This document shows, piece by piece, positions 36,500-46,600 of a DNA stretch of 64,000 nucleotides. The notes below the pieces were generated by a model, which saw only the letters and a list, made by a program, of their open reading frames with translations, did no database searches and was not told the DNA's origin. A program made the position numbers and the translations under genes. Each line of letters opens with the position of its first letter. Position 1 is the stretch's first letter. Source of the DNA: a virus (taxonomy: Duplodnaviria; Caudoviricetes); IMG/VR virus record IMGVR_UViG_3300034053_000029, positions 146,172 through 210,171 of that record; one strand, 5' to 3'.

Positions 36500-38403
36500 T
36501 ATGCCATTAACTTTCTAAACGTGAATGTGTAGGTTTGTGTCGATCTTGTGGCATTAGCAGATAGTTGAATCTTAGGAGCAGCACTTGATACTCTTAGTAT
36601 TCTTGCATATACGACACCTGCTTCGTTACCATCACTATACTTAGTTAATGGAATCTCAGTATATTCGTCACCTAACGTAGCTACACCATTACCAGAGTAC
36701 CAAGGCATAACTCCCATGTACCATTCATTCGATGCTGCCACTTGCAACTTGAATACATACAAACCATTTGTCGTTAGTTGAGTTGTTCCAGAGATACCAG
36801 AATCAGTCCATGTTGTTTGATTAAGAATAATCGATCCAGAAGTAAACGCAACGGTCTGATCTACGTTATTACCTGCAGACATGGATAAGCCACTATGTTG
36901 CAAGAATCCACCACAATCTACCGTAGAGGTAGCAGAACCAATATTAATCGTTCCTGTAGATGACGTAGCAATATTGACCGTACTTGTTGACGTTGCAAAT
37001 ATGTTTACAGCATTACCAACTGTGGTTGCAACTAACGTTGGAGTTCCGCTTATAGTTAGATCGCCACCTGAGATAGTTACGTCTGCAGAGAATGTTGCAT
37101 TATTTGATGCATCCAAAGACAAACCACCATCTGCAGCAGCATTACTAACGAAGTTCGATCCAATAGCTAGATTTGAGGAACTTCCTGTTAGAGTGATACC
37201 TGCAGATACATCCATATCATCTATGGATAAACCTTTACCTGCTCCTGCATTTGTTACGGTGATTGCAGGACTTGCCGAGTTTACCGTATATGTATTCGTG
37301 TTAGTAAATGTTTGTGATGTTCCCAATCCGGCAACGGTTGTCGTTGCTGCAGGAAACGTAAAGGTTTGTCCATCTGCACCTGCTGCTAACGTGATCGTAT
37401 TGCTTGATGCTAAGGTCTTGCCATCTGTAATGGTTAGAGTTGATCCGGTTGCAGGTTGAGTAATGGTAACTTTATTGATCGTTGAGCCAACATGCAATGC
37501 GCCAGAAATACCCACACCACCGGTTACAACTAACGTACCCGTAGTAGTCGTTGTAGATGCCGTTCCTGCGGTGAATGTCGTAGCACCATTAGATGCTAAC
37601 GTAGTAAATGCTCCAGAACCTCTAACGCTTACACCGATATTCGTGCCATCAACGGTTCCACCATTAATATCTACTGTGGTTACGGCACCTAGATTTGACC
37701 ATGTTGCACTTGCAGCACTATTTGCCGCACCAGATAAAGTTAAATTACCAGTTACACCTAAAGTTCCTGCAACTAAAGTATTTCCAGAAGTATCTACACT
37801 GAATTTACTGACAGCAGACGAATCCTTCAAATTCAAAATGGTTGCGATAGAAGAATCGAATGCCTTAACATTCAATGCGGTAGTTTGAGTAACTGCTTCA
37901 CCAATTGACAACAATCTTTCAGTAGTTACTTCTCCACCGATAAGAGCAGCACCTGTTCCTGCACCACCAGACGAAGCATGAGTTATGTCAAATGTGTTTG
38001 TTGCAGCATTAGAAACGGTATAGAGTGCGGTTGGTGGCTTATTTGTGCCAGTTGAGAAATATATGGTAACTGCATTACCGTTAACCAAACCATGATTATT
38101 ATAGGTGATGGTGGTAGTCGTACCATTTCCAGACCATGTAGCTGCAACACCAACCTTCAAGTTACCAACTGCAGTAACGTTTGCAGGAAGAGTTCCTGTG
38201 GTGGAAATTAATATCGTATTTGATGTCGGATTGGTAATTGTAATACCTGCGCCAGAGGAAATGGTTTTCCACTCTGCTGCTGTATTTCCTGCGTTATTAC
38301 CGATTACTTGTTGGGCACTTCCTGCTGACCCCGATAACTTAATCTTTGAATTAGCTACATCAAGACCGTTCTTTACGACGAATTCTTTTTCTTGTAATGC
38401 CAT
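36499..38403 (-). CDS. Tail fibre protein
   Basis: EFVVKNGL N-terminus; DINGGT.DGT.IG, TTTTGTLVVTGGVGI.G.L.VG and ATGSTLTI.DGKTL shaft motifs. Confidence 0.75.
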   Translation of the reverse strand: MALQEKEFVVKNGLDVANSKIKLSGSAGSAQQVIGNNAGNTAAEWKTISSGAGITITNPTSNTILISTTGTLPANVTAVGNLKVGVAATWSGNGTTTTITYNNHGLVNGNAVTIYFSTGTNKPPTALYTVSNAATNTFDITHASSGGAGTGAALIGGEVTTERLLSIGEAVTQTTALNVKAFDSSIATILNLKDSSAVSKFSVDTSGNTLVAGTLGVTGNLTLSGAANSAASATWSNLGAVTTVDINGGTVDGTNIGVSVRGSGAFTTLASNGATTFTAGTASTTTTTGTLVVTGGVGISGALHVGSTINKVTITQPATGSTLTITDGKTLASSNTITLAAGADGQTFTFPAATTTVAGLGTSQTFTNTNTYTVNSASPAITVTNAGAGKGLSIDDMDVSAGITLTGSSSNLAIGSNFVSNAAADGGLSLDASNNATFSADVTISGGDLTISGTPTLVATTVGNAVNIFATSTSTVNIATSSTGTINIGSATSTVDCGGFLQHSGLSMSAGNNVDQTVAFTSGSIILNQTTWTDSGISGTTQLTTNGLYVFKLQVAASNEWYMGVMPWYSGNGVATLGDEYTEIPLTKYSDGNEAGVVYARILRVSSAAPKIQLSANATRSTQTYTFTFRKLMA

Positions 38404-38418
38404 AGGTTCACTCTCCCC

Positions 38419-38426
38419 TATTTAAT
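38419..38426 (-). promoter_or_regulatory. Possible late promoter (ATTAAATA) abutting a GGGGAG RBS
   Basis: TAAATA core in the 31-nt intergenic gap before the ATG at 38403. Confidence 0.35.
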
Positions 38427-38434
38427 TGTTATAA

Positions 38435-40411
38435 TTACACTTTTATCAACGTCGCATGTATCTTGTAAACGGTCGAAGTTGCCAATGTCTGATTAATATT
38501 TATCCTCCAATCATTGGATACGATAGCGGTATCAATAGCTCCTGGTGCAGTTCCAAGTGATCCGAATTCAGTTTCAAACGTATCCGTACCATCATGACTC
38601 ATCAATAACTTAGTTACATGGTATGTTGTGCCCTGAGTCGATTGGATAATGACCTCGGCAGAACGATAAACAGTTTTATCTAATGTGACTAACGTAGAAA
38701 CTCCACTTGCAGAAATTGTGGCAGTTGTCGTTAATGTATCTGCAATAACACCAAAGCTAAGATTGGTATTCAACGTCATCGTTGGAGTATTACCTGCCGT
38801 CAAGGTAATCATATCCACATAAGTTGTGCCATCTACGTCATATGCTTGCAATTTCAAGGTGTTACCGGAACCAGTTCCAGTTTTCAAAGGCGCACCATTA
38901 GCAAACAATATTCCATCTGAATTTACGGTAGCATTAATATCTAATACATCACCGACAGCATTACCCAAAGTGACATTACCGTTTGCCGTGAATGATGATC
39001 CATCAGCAACTGTAGTATTACCGTTTAATGATACTGCGCCAGTTCCTGTAGCAAACGTTCCTGATCCATTTTGAGTAAATGTATAGTTAGCAGGAATGGT
39101 TACGTTGCCGTTGACTGTTGTTGTACCGTATAGTGATACTGATCCAGTAGCACCACCAGTCGATGACCCTAATGTAATGTTAGTGATGCTACCAGAAGCG
39201 CCACCAGAACCTAAAGTTACTGTTTTTGTTACCCCAGTGGTAGTGAGTGCACTAGCAATATTGGTTGTTTGGGTACTTGTTGCAGTATTTCCGATGTTAA
39301 AGGTTGCAGATGATGTTGTTATGTCTCCACCATTAACCGCTAGGTCTAATGTGACAACTGCATTATTGTTGATCGTGGTGTTTCCAGAACCTGCACTAAT
39401 TGAAGTGGTTGTAGAAGCACCTGCAAAGTTGACCGTAGTAGCATTCGTATTAATCAAATTGAATGTTGTTTCGGTGGTTGTCAAATCAAATTGGGTATCA
39501 CCAGAATCAGTTAGAGTCAATGAACCACCATTTATCGTGGTCATGCCATGAATCGTGGTGGTATCTGCAAGAGTTGTGTTTAGAACCACATCACCAACCA
39601 AATTTTGAGTTCCTGCTGCTGATCCAATGTTGGTTGTCGTAGCGGCACCAGAAATATTCACGATTCCGGTTGATGTATTGAAAACGGAAGCAGTATTGGC
39701 AACGTTTGTTGCTACAATATTAGGAGTACCACCAACGGAAACATCTCCACCAGTAACCGTCAAATCACCATCTAGAGATACGGTTGCATTCTTAATATTC
39801 AAATCACCTGTAGCAGCACCGATATTGATATCTGTGCCTGCACCAAATGCATTTACCGTAGTAGCATTCGTATTAATCAAATTGAATGTTGTTTCGTTTG
39901 TTCCTAATATACCAGTCGTACTTGCCGCTGCATTACCATCAACTATTAGATCACCACGAATAGTATCACCATGACGGTCAACTTTTCCCATTTCAAGGTC
40001 ATTGATATGGGACATCACAGTTTTAGTGAAAGTGAATATGCAGTTTGTATAAGTTGTCGAGAATGAATTCGATAAAGTTAGTACGACATTCCCTGCCGAA
40101 TATGTAATTGCATTAATAACGGTTCCTACAGGAAGAACCTCAACGCTCGATACGGTTGCACTAACATTCATCCCTGGTCTTAGTTTTCTCCCATTCGAAG
40201 TATCCGTAATGGTTACGGTAGCACCAGATGGTTGTGATGCAATAGTCAAAGATGAAACATCTGCATGGTTAACAAGATATTCTTGATCATTAGGGACATC
40301 TGCATTGTTTAATACTTTAACAGATGCGTCTCCAATAATATCTGTAGTGACATTTACCGTTTGTCTCCAGAAATCGAAGCTATCATCTTGATTTACATAT
40401 TGTTTTGTCAT
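38435..40411 (-). CDS. Fibre protein (fibritin/collar-type N-terminus)
   Basis: V...DSFD.WRQ..N N-terminal motif; repeated GGD....TFNL.NT.ATTVN..GA.T..I units; C-terminal YRSA...IQ.......L..HDG.....E.G domain. Confidence 0.7.
   Translation of the reverse strand: MTKQYVNQDDSFDFWRQTVNVTTDIIGDASVKVLNNADVPNDQEYLVNHADVSSLTIASQPSGATVTITDTSNGRKLRPGMNVSATVSSVEVLPVGTVINAITYSAGNVVLTLSNSFSTTYTNCIFTFTKTVMSHINDLEMGKVDRHGDTIRGDLIVDGNAAASTTGILGTNETTFNLINTNATTVNAFGAGTDINIGAATGDLNIKNATVSLDGDLTVTGGDVSVGGTPNIVATNVANTASVFNTSTGIVNISGAATTTNIGSAAGTQNLVGDVVLNTTLADTTTIHGMTTINGGSLTLTDSGDTQFDLTTTETTFNLINTNATTVNFAGASTTTSISAGSGNTTINNNAVVTLDLAVNGGDITTSSATFNIGNTATSTQTTNIASALTTTGVTKTVTLGSGGASGSITNITLGSSTGGATGSVSLYGTTTVNGNVTIPANYTFTQNGSGTFATGTGAVSLNGNTTVADGSSFTANGNVTLGNAVGDVLDINATVNSDGILFANGAPLKTGTGSGNTLKLQAYDVDGTTYVDMITLTAGNTPTMTLNTNLSFGVIADTLTTTATISASGVSTLVTLDKTVYRSAEVIIQSTQGTTYHVTKLLMSHDGTDTFETEFGSLGTAPGAIDTAIVSNDWRININQTLATSTVYKIHATLIKV
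39432..39896. repeat. Exact 42-nt direct repeat (39432-39473 and 39855-39896)
   Basis: ACCGTAGTAGCATTCGTATTAATCAAATTGAATGTTGTTTCG occurs twice; encodes ETTFNLINTNATTV. Confidence 0.9.
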
Positions 40412-40414
40412 TTA

Positions 40415-40642
40415 CTAACCTTTTTGCAGAAGTAGTTGAAGCATTTCTTTAATCGAGCTTATGTCATCTTTCATATTATTTATTTGATCCTTCATACGAT
40501 TGATTTCATTATCTTTTGCCTCAAGCTCCATTCGTCTTTTCTTGTATGCATTCACGGTAGAACGATCATTAGCAAAGAGGAAGGTTCCTTCATTCGTTTT
40601 GAATAAACCTTCGACCTCTGTTTTCTCAATCTTATTCATCAT
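40415..40642 (-). CDS. Small coiled-coil protein
   Basis: K..VEGL.K...G.....D......Y.K.R...E.....IN..K.DI..IK.ML..LL; typical small gene downstream of vrlC-like genes. Confidence 0.65.
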   Translation of the reverse strand: MMNKIEKTEVEGLFKTNEGTFLFANDRSTVNAYKKRRMELEAKDNEINRMKDQINNMKDDISSIKEMLQLLLQKG

Positions 40643-43600
40643 GCTAGAGCAATAACTCTCAAATCTTTGAATGATGCATAATTTTGATTCGTGCTAACTG
40701 GAACAAACTTAATCTGGAACTTAGTAAATTCTGCCAAGTTATTGATCTCTAATCTGTTTTCGTAGAATGTGCGTGAATCATTTGTTGGTACTGTTGTGTA
40801 AGTATGCTGATACCATCTTGCATCCCTCAAATCTTGAGAAGACGTTCTATACCACAATTCAAGATCAGTTCCTGTTGGAGTTGACATTGCAACCGTGATA
40901 TGGAGTGATGATGAAGTCTCTGCCAATTCAATTTCACGAGAGATAAACTTGGATTGTGATGTTCCGCCACCAGGGTTTGACTCGCTAATGAACTCCATAC
41001 CCATTTTGAGAGTGGTTGCAGCAGCAGTTTCATTCACCAAGTTTGCATCAACATATACCTTACGGGTTTCTACATCCAACCCAATAATATTGCATGATAC
41101 GTTATTGCTTGATGTTCCTGTAATCTCAAGTCTTCCGCCGATCATGAAATGGGTGATGGTATTGGTTGAGAGTGGGACAGTGATCGAATCATCACTTGTA
41201 GCAAACACACATGACTCACCAGAAAGAATCGTAACGAAGTCAGTAGTTCCAGAAACGTTATCCGTATCAGCATGTGTCCTAGCAAGATTTCTAGCCACAG
41301 ACAATGTTAATGAAGGTAGAAGAACGATTGGAGAAATCCACTTGTTGTTGGTAGAGCAATGTAATCTGAAGTTATGACCATATTGAGATTGGGTATTTGC
41401 TGATGCTGCCCCAACGTCAAACGATGCATCTGTATTAAGTTTATGACGTTGAACTTCACCACCCAAGAATGATACAAACTGACCTGTTCCTTGAATGTCT
41501 TGGTTCGCAGGAATGGTTGTGTATGCAGAATCTAACACATATCCAGTTGTGGCATTATGAGTTACCATCTTAGCAGTAAAGTACAAGTCGGTATCAGGTA
41601 GAACCATGGTTCCTGCATTCAACTTGAACAAATCAAAGTAACCACCACCAGAAATCCCCCACATATTGCTGCCCCAACGTCTTACGCCACCTGATGATGG
41701 TTTTGTTCCAAGAGCATTGATAGTTGCAGTAACGTCGGTTACGGTAAGAATTCCATTTACCAACTCATAACGATTATTCAAATTGAGTTCGTATGAATTT
41801 GGTTTTGCATTCTCTACCTTGAAGTAGTAATTATCGATAACTGCCTTGATTGCATGAGTTAATGTATCAGATGACGTATCGGTAACGATGGTCGTTAATC
41901 TAACAAATGAGCTACCCTTTACACTTGAGTAGAATTGGTGGTATGGGTGATACACTTTGATAGTGTTGTTTGTCCCATTAGCACCAAATGCGTTAGTAGG
42001 CAATACTCTAAACTCGTCCTGAATTTGTGTGTAGCTATTTGGAACGAAGGTCGAAGGAGCAGAAATTCCATTATATCCAGGAACTGGATTTGCGCCACCT
42101 AATTCGGTTCTTAGTTGAACTGCAGTAGGCATATCCGTTGGATAATTAACAACGTTAATGATTGCACCCAAGTCAGCATATTGATCTGCAGTCCAAGTCG
42201 ATGAATTTTGTGACTTGAATAATGATCCGTCAGCTTGTTGCTCGGTAATCACTTGTCCCAAGTAATTCACGGATATCTTACCCATTTCAGAACACCACAC
42301 TTCAAAACCATTAGTCGTTGGTGCCATGATACGGATTGCATACTCTTCACCTGTTCTTAGAAGAACTGGAGCAGGGAATCTAAACACGGTAGACTGGAAT
42401 GAGTTTGCTAAGGTTGCCACATAGACATCTGGATCAACGGAGAACTTGGTTGAAACAGCATGTTCTGCAGCAAGTTCTGGAGCAGGATATCCATTATCTG
42501 TTCTAATGATGGAAACGCTAATCTCATGACGAGCAGATGGTTTAGTTGCAATGAAGATTTCGATGTTATCTACCATAATGAAATCGGTATTGACAGTATC
42601 ATTCTTCTTGATTCTAAACGTTTGAGCTAGAGGATCACCCCATCTCCATTGCCATAATTGAGACACGTTATTCATTGAGAAATTGGCTAGAAGTCTATAT
42701 GTGAATTTCTCTACATGAATTTCGGTGATACCTGTTCCAGTATAAGTACATTCTGCAGATGAATCAGATGAGACGGTTTCTTCAGCAGCAACTTTAATTG
42801 CAGTAGTCTTAGCTGCAGCAACATTTGAAGAAGTAATCAACTTGGATAATGTTACTTTTCTCTCACCTGTTCTAAACACATCGGGAAGAATCTGAATCAA
42901 GAAGTACAAGTTGCCTTGTGAAGTTGATTTTGGAATATATCTTCCAGAAGTTGTTGACGTTAATGGTGAAGTCCAATCGGTTAACAATTGTTTTTGGGCA
43001 CCGGTAAACTTCATGAATGGTGAAAGAACGGTTGTCGTTCCAGAAGCATTCTCATTTTGGAACTCTACGGTGATTGCAGTATTTTCTGCTAGTGCGTATA
43101 ACGTGTCCTTATTTGATGACGTTGGGAAGATGAACAAATCAACGGTGTTTGTTGCGGTGTGTTCCCATCCAACTAGAATACCATAACAATCTGCACCTGA
43201 AGTGAGCTTAACAAGCTGACCATAGAACGCATTGTCATAATTCATCCCTGTCCAATTAGCAAATGTTCTATGTGATGACCATGACGTAACGGTATTAATA
43301 GTCCATTTGTTATCCAAAGTAGATGCAGATGATTCTACGTTAGCATTTGATCCATATACCGAAAACTCATCATAGAACTTAAACATTCTGCTAGTAACAA
43401 GAGAATCAATCGTCGTTCCTGCGGCAACAGATGCCCCACTCAAAGTAGAACCAGTGATGGTCACTTTCAATGGACGATGCACTCTGAAACTTCCACCAAA
43501 TGCCCATGACATATTGTCAAAGTTCACATCATGGTGCATGTTTGGCATCAAGTTTCTTGCCACATGAACTAGAGTTCTTGGACGAATTGTGGTATCGGTC

Positions 43601-46600
43601 TCAGCATGACTAAATGCTCTTGGTTGAACTGAAGCAAGCTCAACGTTAGAAGGACTTAATGAGTTTGTGTTAAGGTTGATTGTAGACGATGTTAATCCCC
43701 ACCATGCACCATTCCAAGCAGAGTTCCACAGATTTGAATCTCCGGTTTGTGTTGATTGCGCCCCCCATTGACCCTGAAACCAACCATTAAACCATGATTG
43801 ATTGAGTGTTGATGTGCTGAGAGTATTTCCACCCAATCTTTGATTCAAAGTGTCTGGATTTAATGCAAATGTGTTAATTGCTGAACCGTTGTTCCATGCA
43901 CTTCTAAAACTTGCTGCTGCTTGCTCGAAGGTTCCTGTTCTTGCTTGAGCAGATGACACACCAAGACTTCCTGATGTGGTGAATAAGGTCTCACTACGAA
44001 GGACGGAGTTTCTCCATGTATCAACTGATGGATATACATTCGATCTACCAAAATAATGGAACGCATTGAATGGGTTGACATTAATCTTTGAAGTTAGTTT
44101 TGGTTGAGTTGCATCAACAACACCCTTTAAGTTGAACTTTGACATTGCCGTTGGGCGAAGTGTCATTAGCAAGTTTGGGTACATTGCCATATCAGCAACG
44201 GAACCAACGCTATCGGCAATCTCGCTATTCGTATTAGATATTAGAACTGGATATTCTGTTGTAAATCTACCAGGAATACATGCAGCATATGCAGGATCGA
44301 CGTTACAACGATAATCTGCCGTGTTTGATCCCATGTTGATATGAACATTATTATCATTAAATTCAACGACATAGAATCCATTCTTCAAGCGATCTAGACC
44401 ATACTTGTCCTTAACATCATACTTTGCAGTATTCTGCTCAAGTAATGTAAGTTGAACATAATCTTCCACATTAGAAAGTCTTTTTTCCAACTTCTCAATT
44501 TCCTTCATCGTGTAATTCTTGTTGCCTAACACTTTGTAAGTTACTTCGGTCTCGGCATCATGGGTGTATGGTGCAATATCAAGAGACAATATTGGCATCG
44601 AATCACCAACGATGTTTACACTTGGAAGTTGTGGAAATTCAGCAGGTGTTCCATAGATGTACTCAAGTTGATTTTGTGGCTTCAACACGAGCATGTCTTT
44701 TCTTCCAAGGTAGTATGAGAAATCAAATACGAATATCTCATTAGTCTGCATGGTATCACCTACCATACTAAACTTACTACCAACAGAGGAATCATTAACA
44801 CGAATACGGAAGTCGACACAATCTCTTAGGTTAAGTCGTTTTTTATTCAACTCGATTGTTGGAATCAATGCATATGGAATATCAACGTAGGAATCTACGG
44901 TGAAGTAATCTCCAGAGGTATGCTCGAAGTAATCATACGAAATACGAAGTGGTCCAGTAATAACTGCAGAAGTGTTCTTCAACTTAACTGCACCAAAGTC
45001 GTAGAATTCAGGTCTCTGACCGCTATCTAGATCGAAGTATGAGGTCATATCAGTTGCGGTTGCATCTGCCCACACAACGGCATCTGCTGCCATTGCATGG
45101 ATAGAATTAACACGAATTACGTCGGCCTTACCAAGATTGATCCAATCTTTTCTCTTGTAGTTATTCTTAGCGTACTCAGGAATCCATGTAAGTTGAGTTC
45201 CACCAGTTTTATTTGGAGTTGACCATACACCATCAGCAAACACATAAACGGTGATCGACTTGAAGTTCTTTTGACGTTCTGCGGCAGCAACATTTGACTT
45301 CGTGATCTTTGCATGGATACGATACGTTTGTGATGCATCTAGAGAAGAATTAGGAACTGTTAGAGTTGATCCATCACCACTAATCCATGCATCTAAAATA
45401 ACGACAGAAGTTGTTGTGTTATCCTTATATAAGAAATGACCAGATGGCATAAACTTCTCACCAGGAGGCAATGTGTGAACTAATCCACCTGCTGCTGTAG
45501 AGTTTTGAGTGATTTGTTTGATACAACGATATGATGTATTAGTATTACCATTCGCATCAACTGAACGAAGAGTCTTAATATTTGTTTTAGGTAATTGTGA
45601 AACGTAAGTGTCAGCACCCTTAGTAAACGATACGATGTTCACATATAGGTCTTGATTTGATAATGCTGGTGATGGTGCAGGAGTAACCGACATCTGAACA
45701 CTTGAAGTAATCGAAGTGACTTTATGAAGAGTCTTTGTTCTTGTTCCCACAGAAACATAATTTCCAACACGAACTTCAGTTTCAAAGTTTGCCCCATTCT
45801 CACCAGTAACCGTAGTGGTTGATGATGAATATGAACCATTCAATTTGATTAATTGTCTTGAAAGAACGATGGTTGCTGCTGAAGAAGTTCCGGTGCCAAC
45901 CAACTTAAATGCATTATATGCAAATTCTTTATCAGTATTCATTTTGATATTGAATATTGAGACCTTATAAATCTCATCATCATATGCAGTACTAGTGGTC
46001 TCGACACTCTTTACGTTACATGTCCCAATTGTTACACTGTCGATATCTTGAATATTAAAAGAATCCAATGCCTGAATGTTTGGAATACTTGTAATTGGAG
46101 TCTGTGCAGAGTTATTTGCTAGGTTGGTTGCATAAACGACAAATGGATTTGGGGCAACAAGTTGTGAGTTGAATATTTCTTTACTTGTTCTAGCTTTATC
46201 GACAACCTTACTAGCAACACCTTTGATCTCAGTTCTGAAACCATTGATATATGCCACACCAGATTTGGTATCCACGATGAATGAATTATCTGCTTCTTTT
46301 TCTTTATCTAAAGCATCGGTAATGTCAAATCCATAATTTACTGGATTGATGTACTTACCAAAGTTTTTATATTGACGAGCATTTTTAATCCATGTCCAAC
46401 TAATACCACCATCAGAAACTGTACCGGTTGTATGTGTTGGTGCAGTTCCACCAGAAATACCTGAAGTTACAGAGTAATATGTGTTTGATCCATTGGTTAC
46501 GAGGTCGCCTTCAAGATATGCCGTATTCTGAACCCAATCTCCACGTTCATTGTTTCTGAAATCATAAGTTGCAAACTCGAATGGATCGATGATATAGTTT

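Noticed and set aside
25686-40411. Diversity-generating retroelement or invertible fibre switch
   Set aside because: No reverse transcriptase or invertase, no template/variable repeat pair differing at adenines, and all cassettes are co-oriented without flanking inverted repeats.
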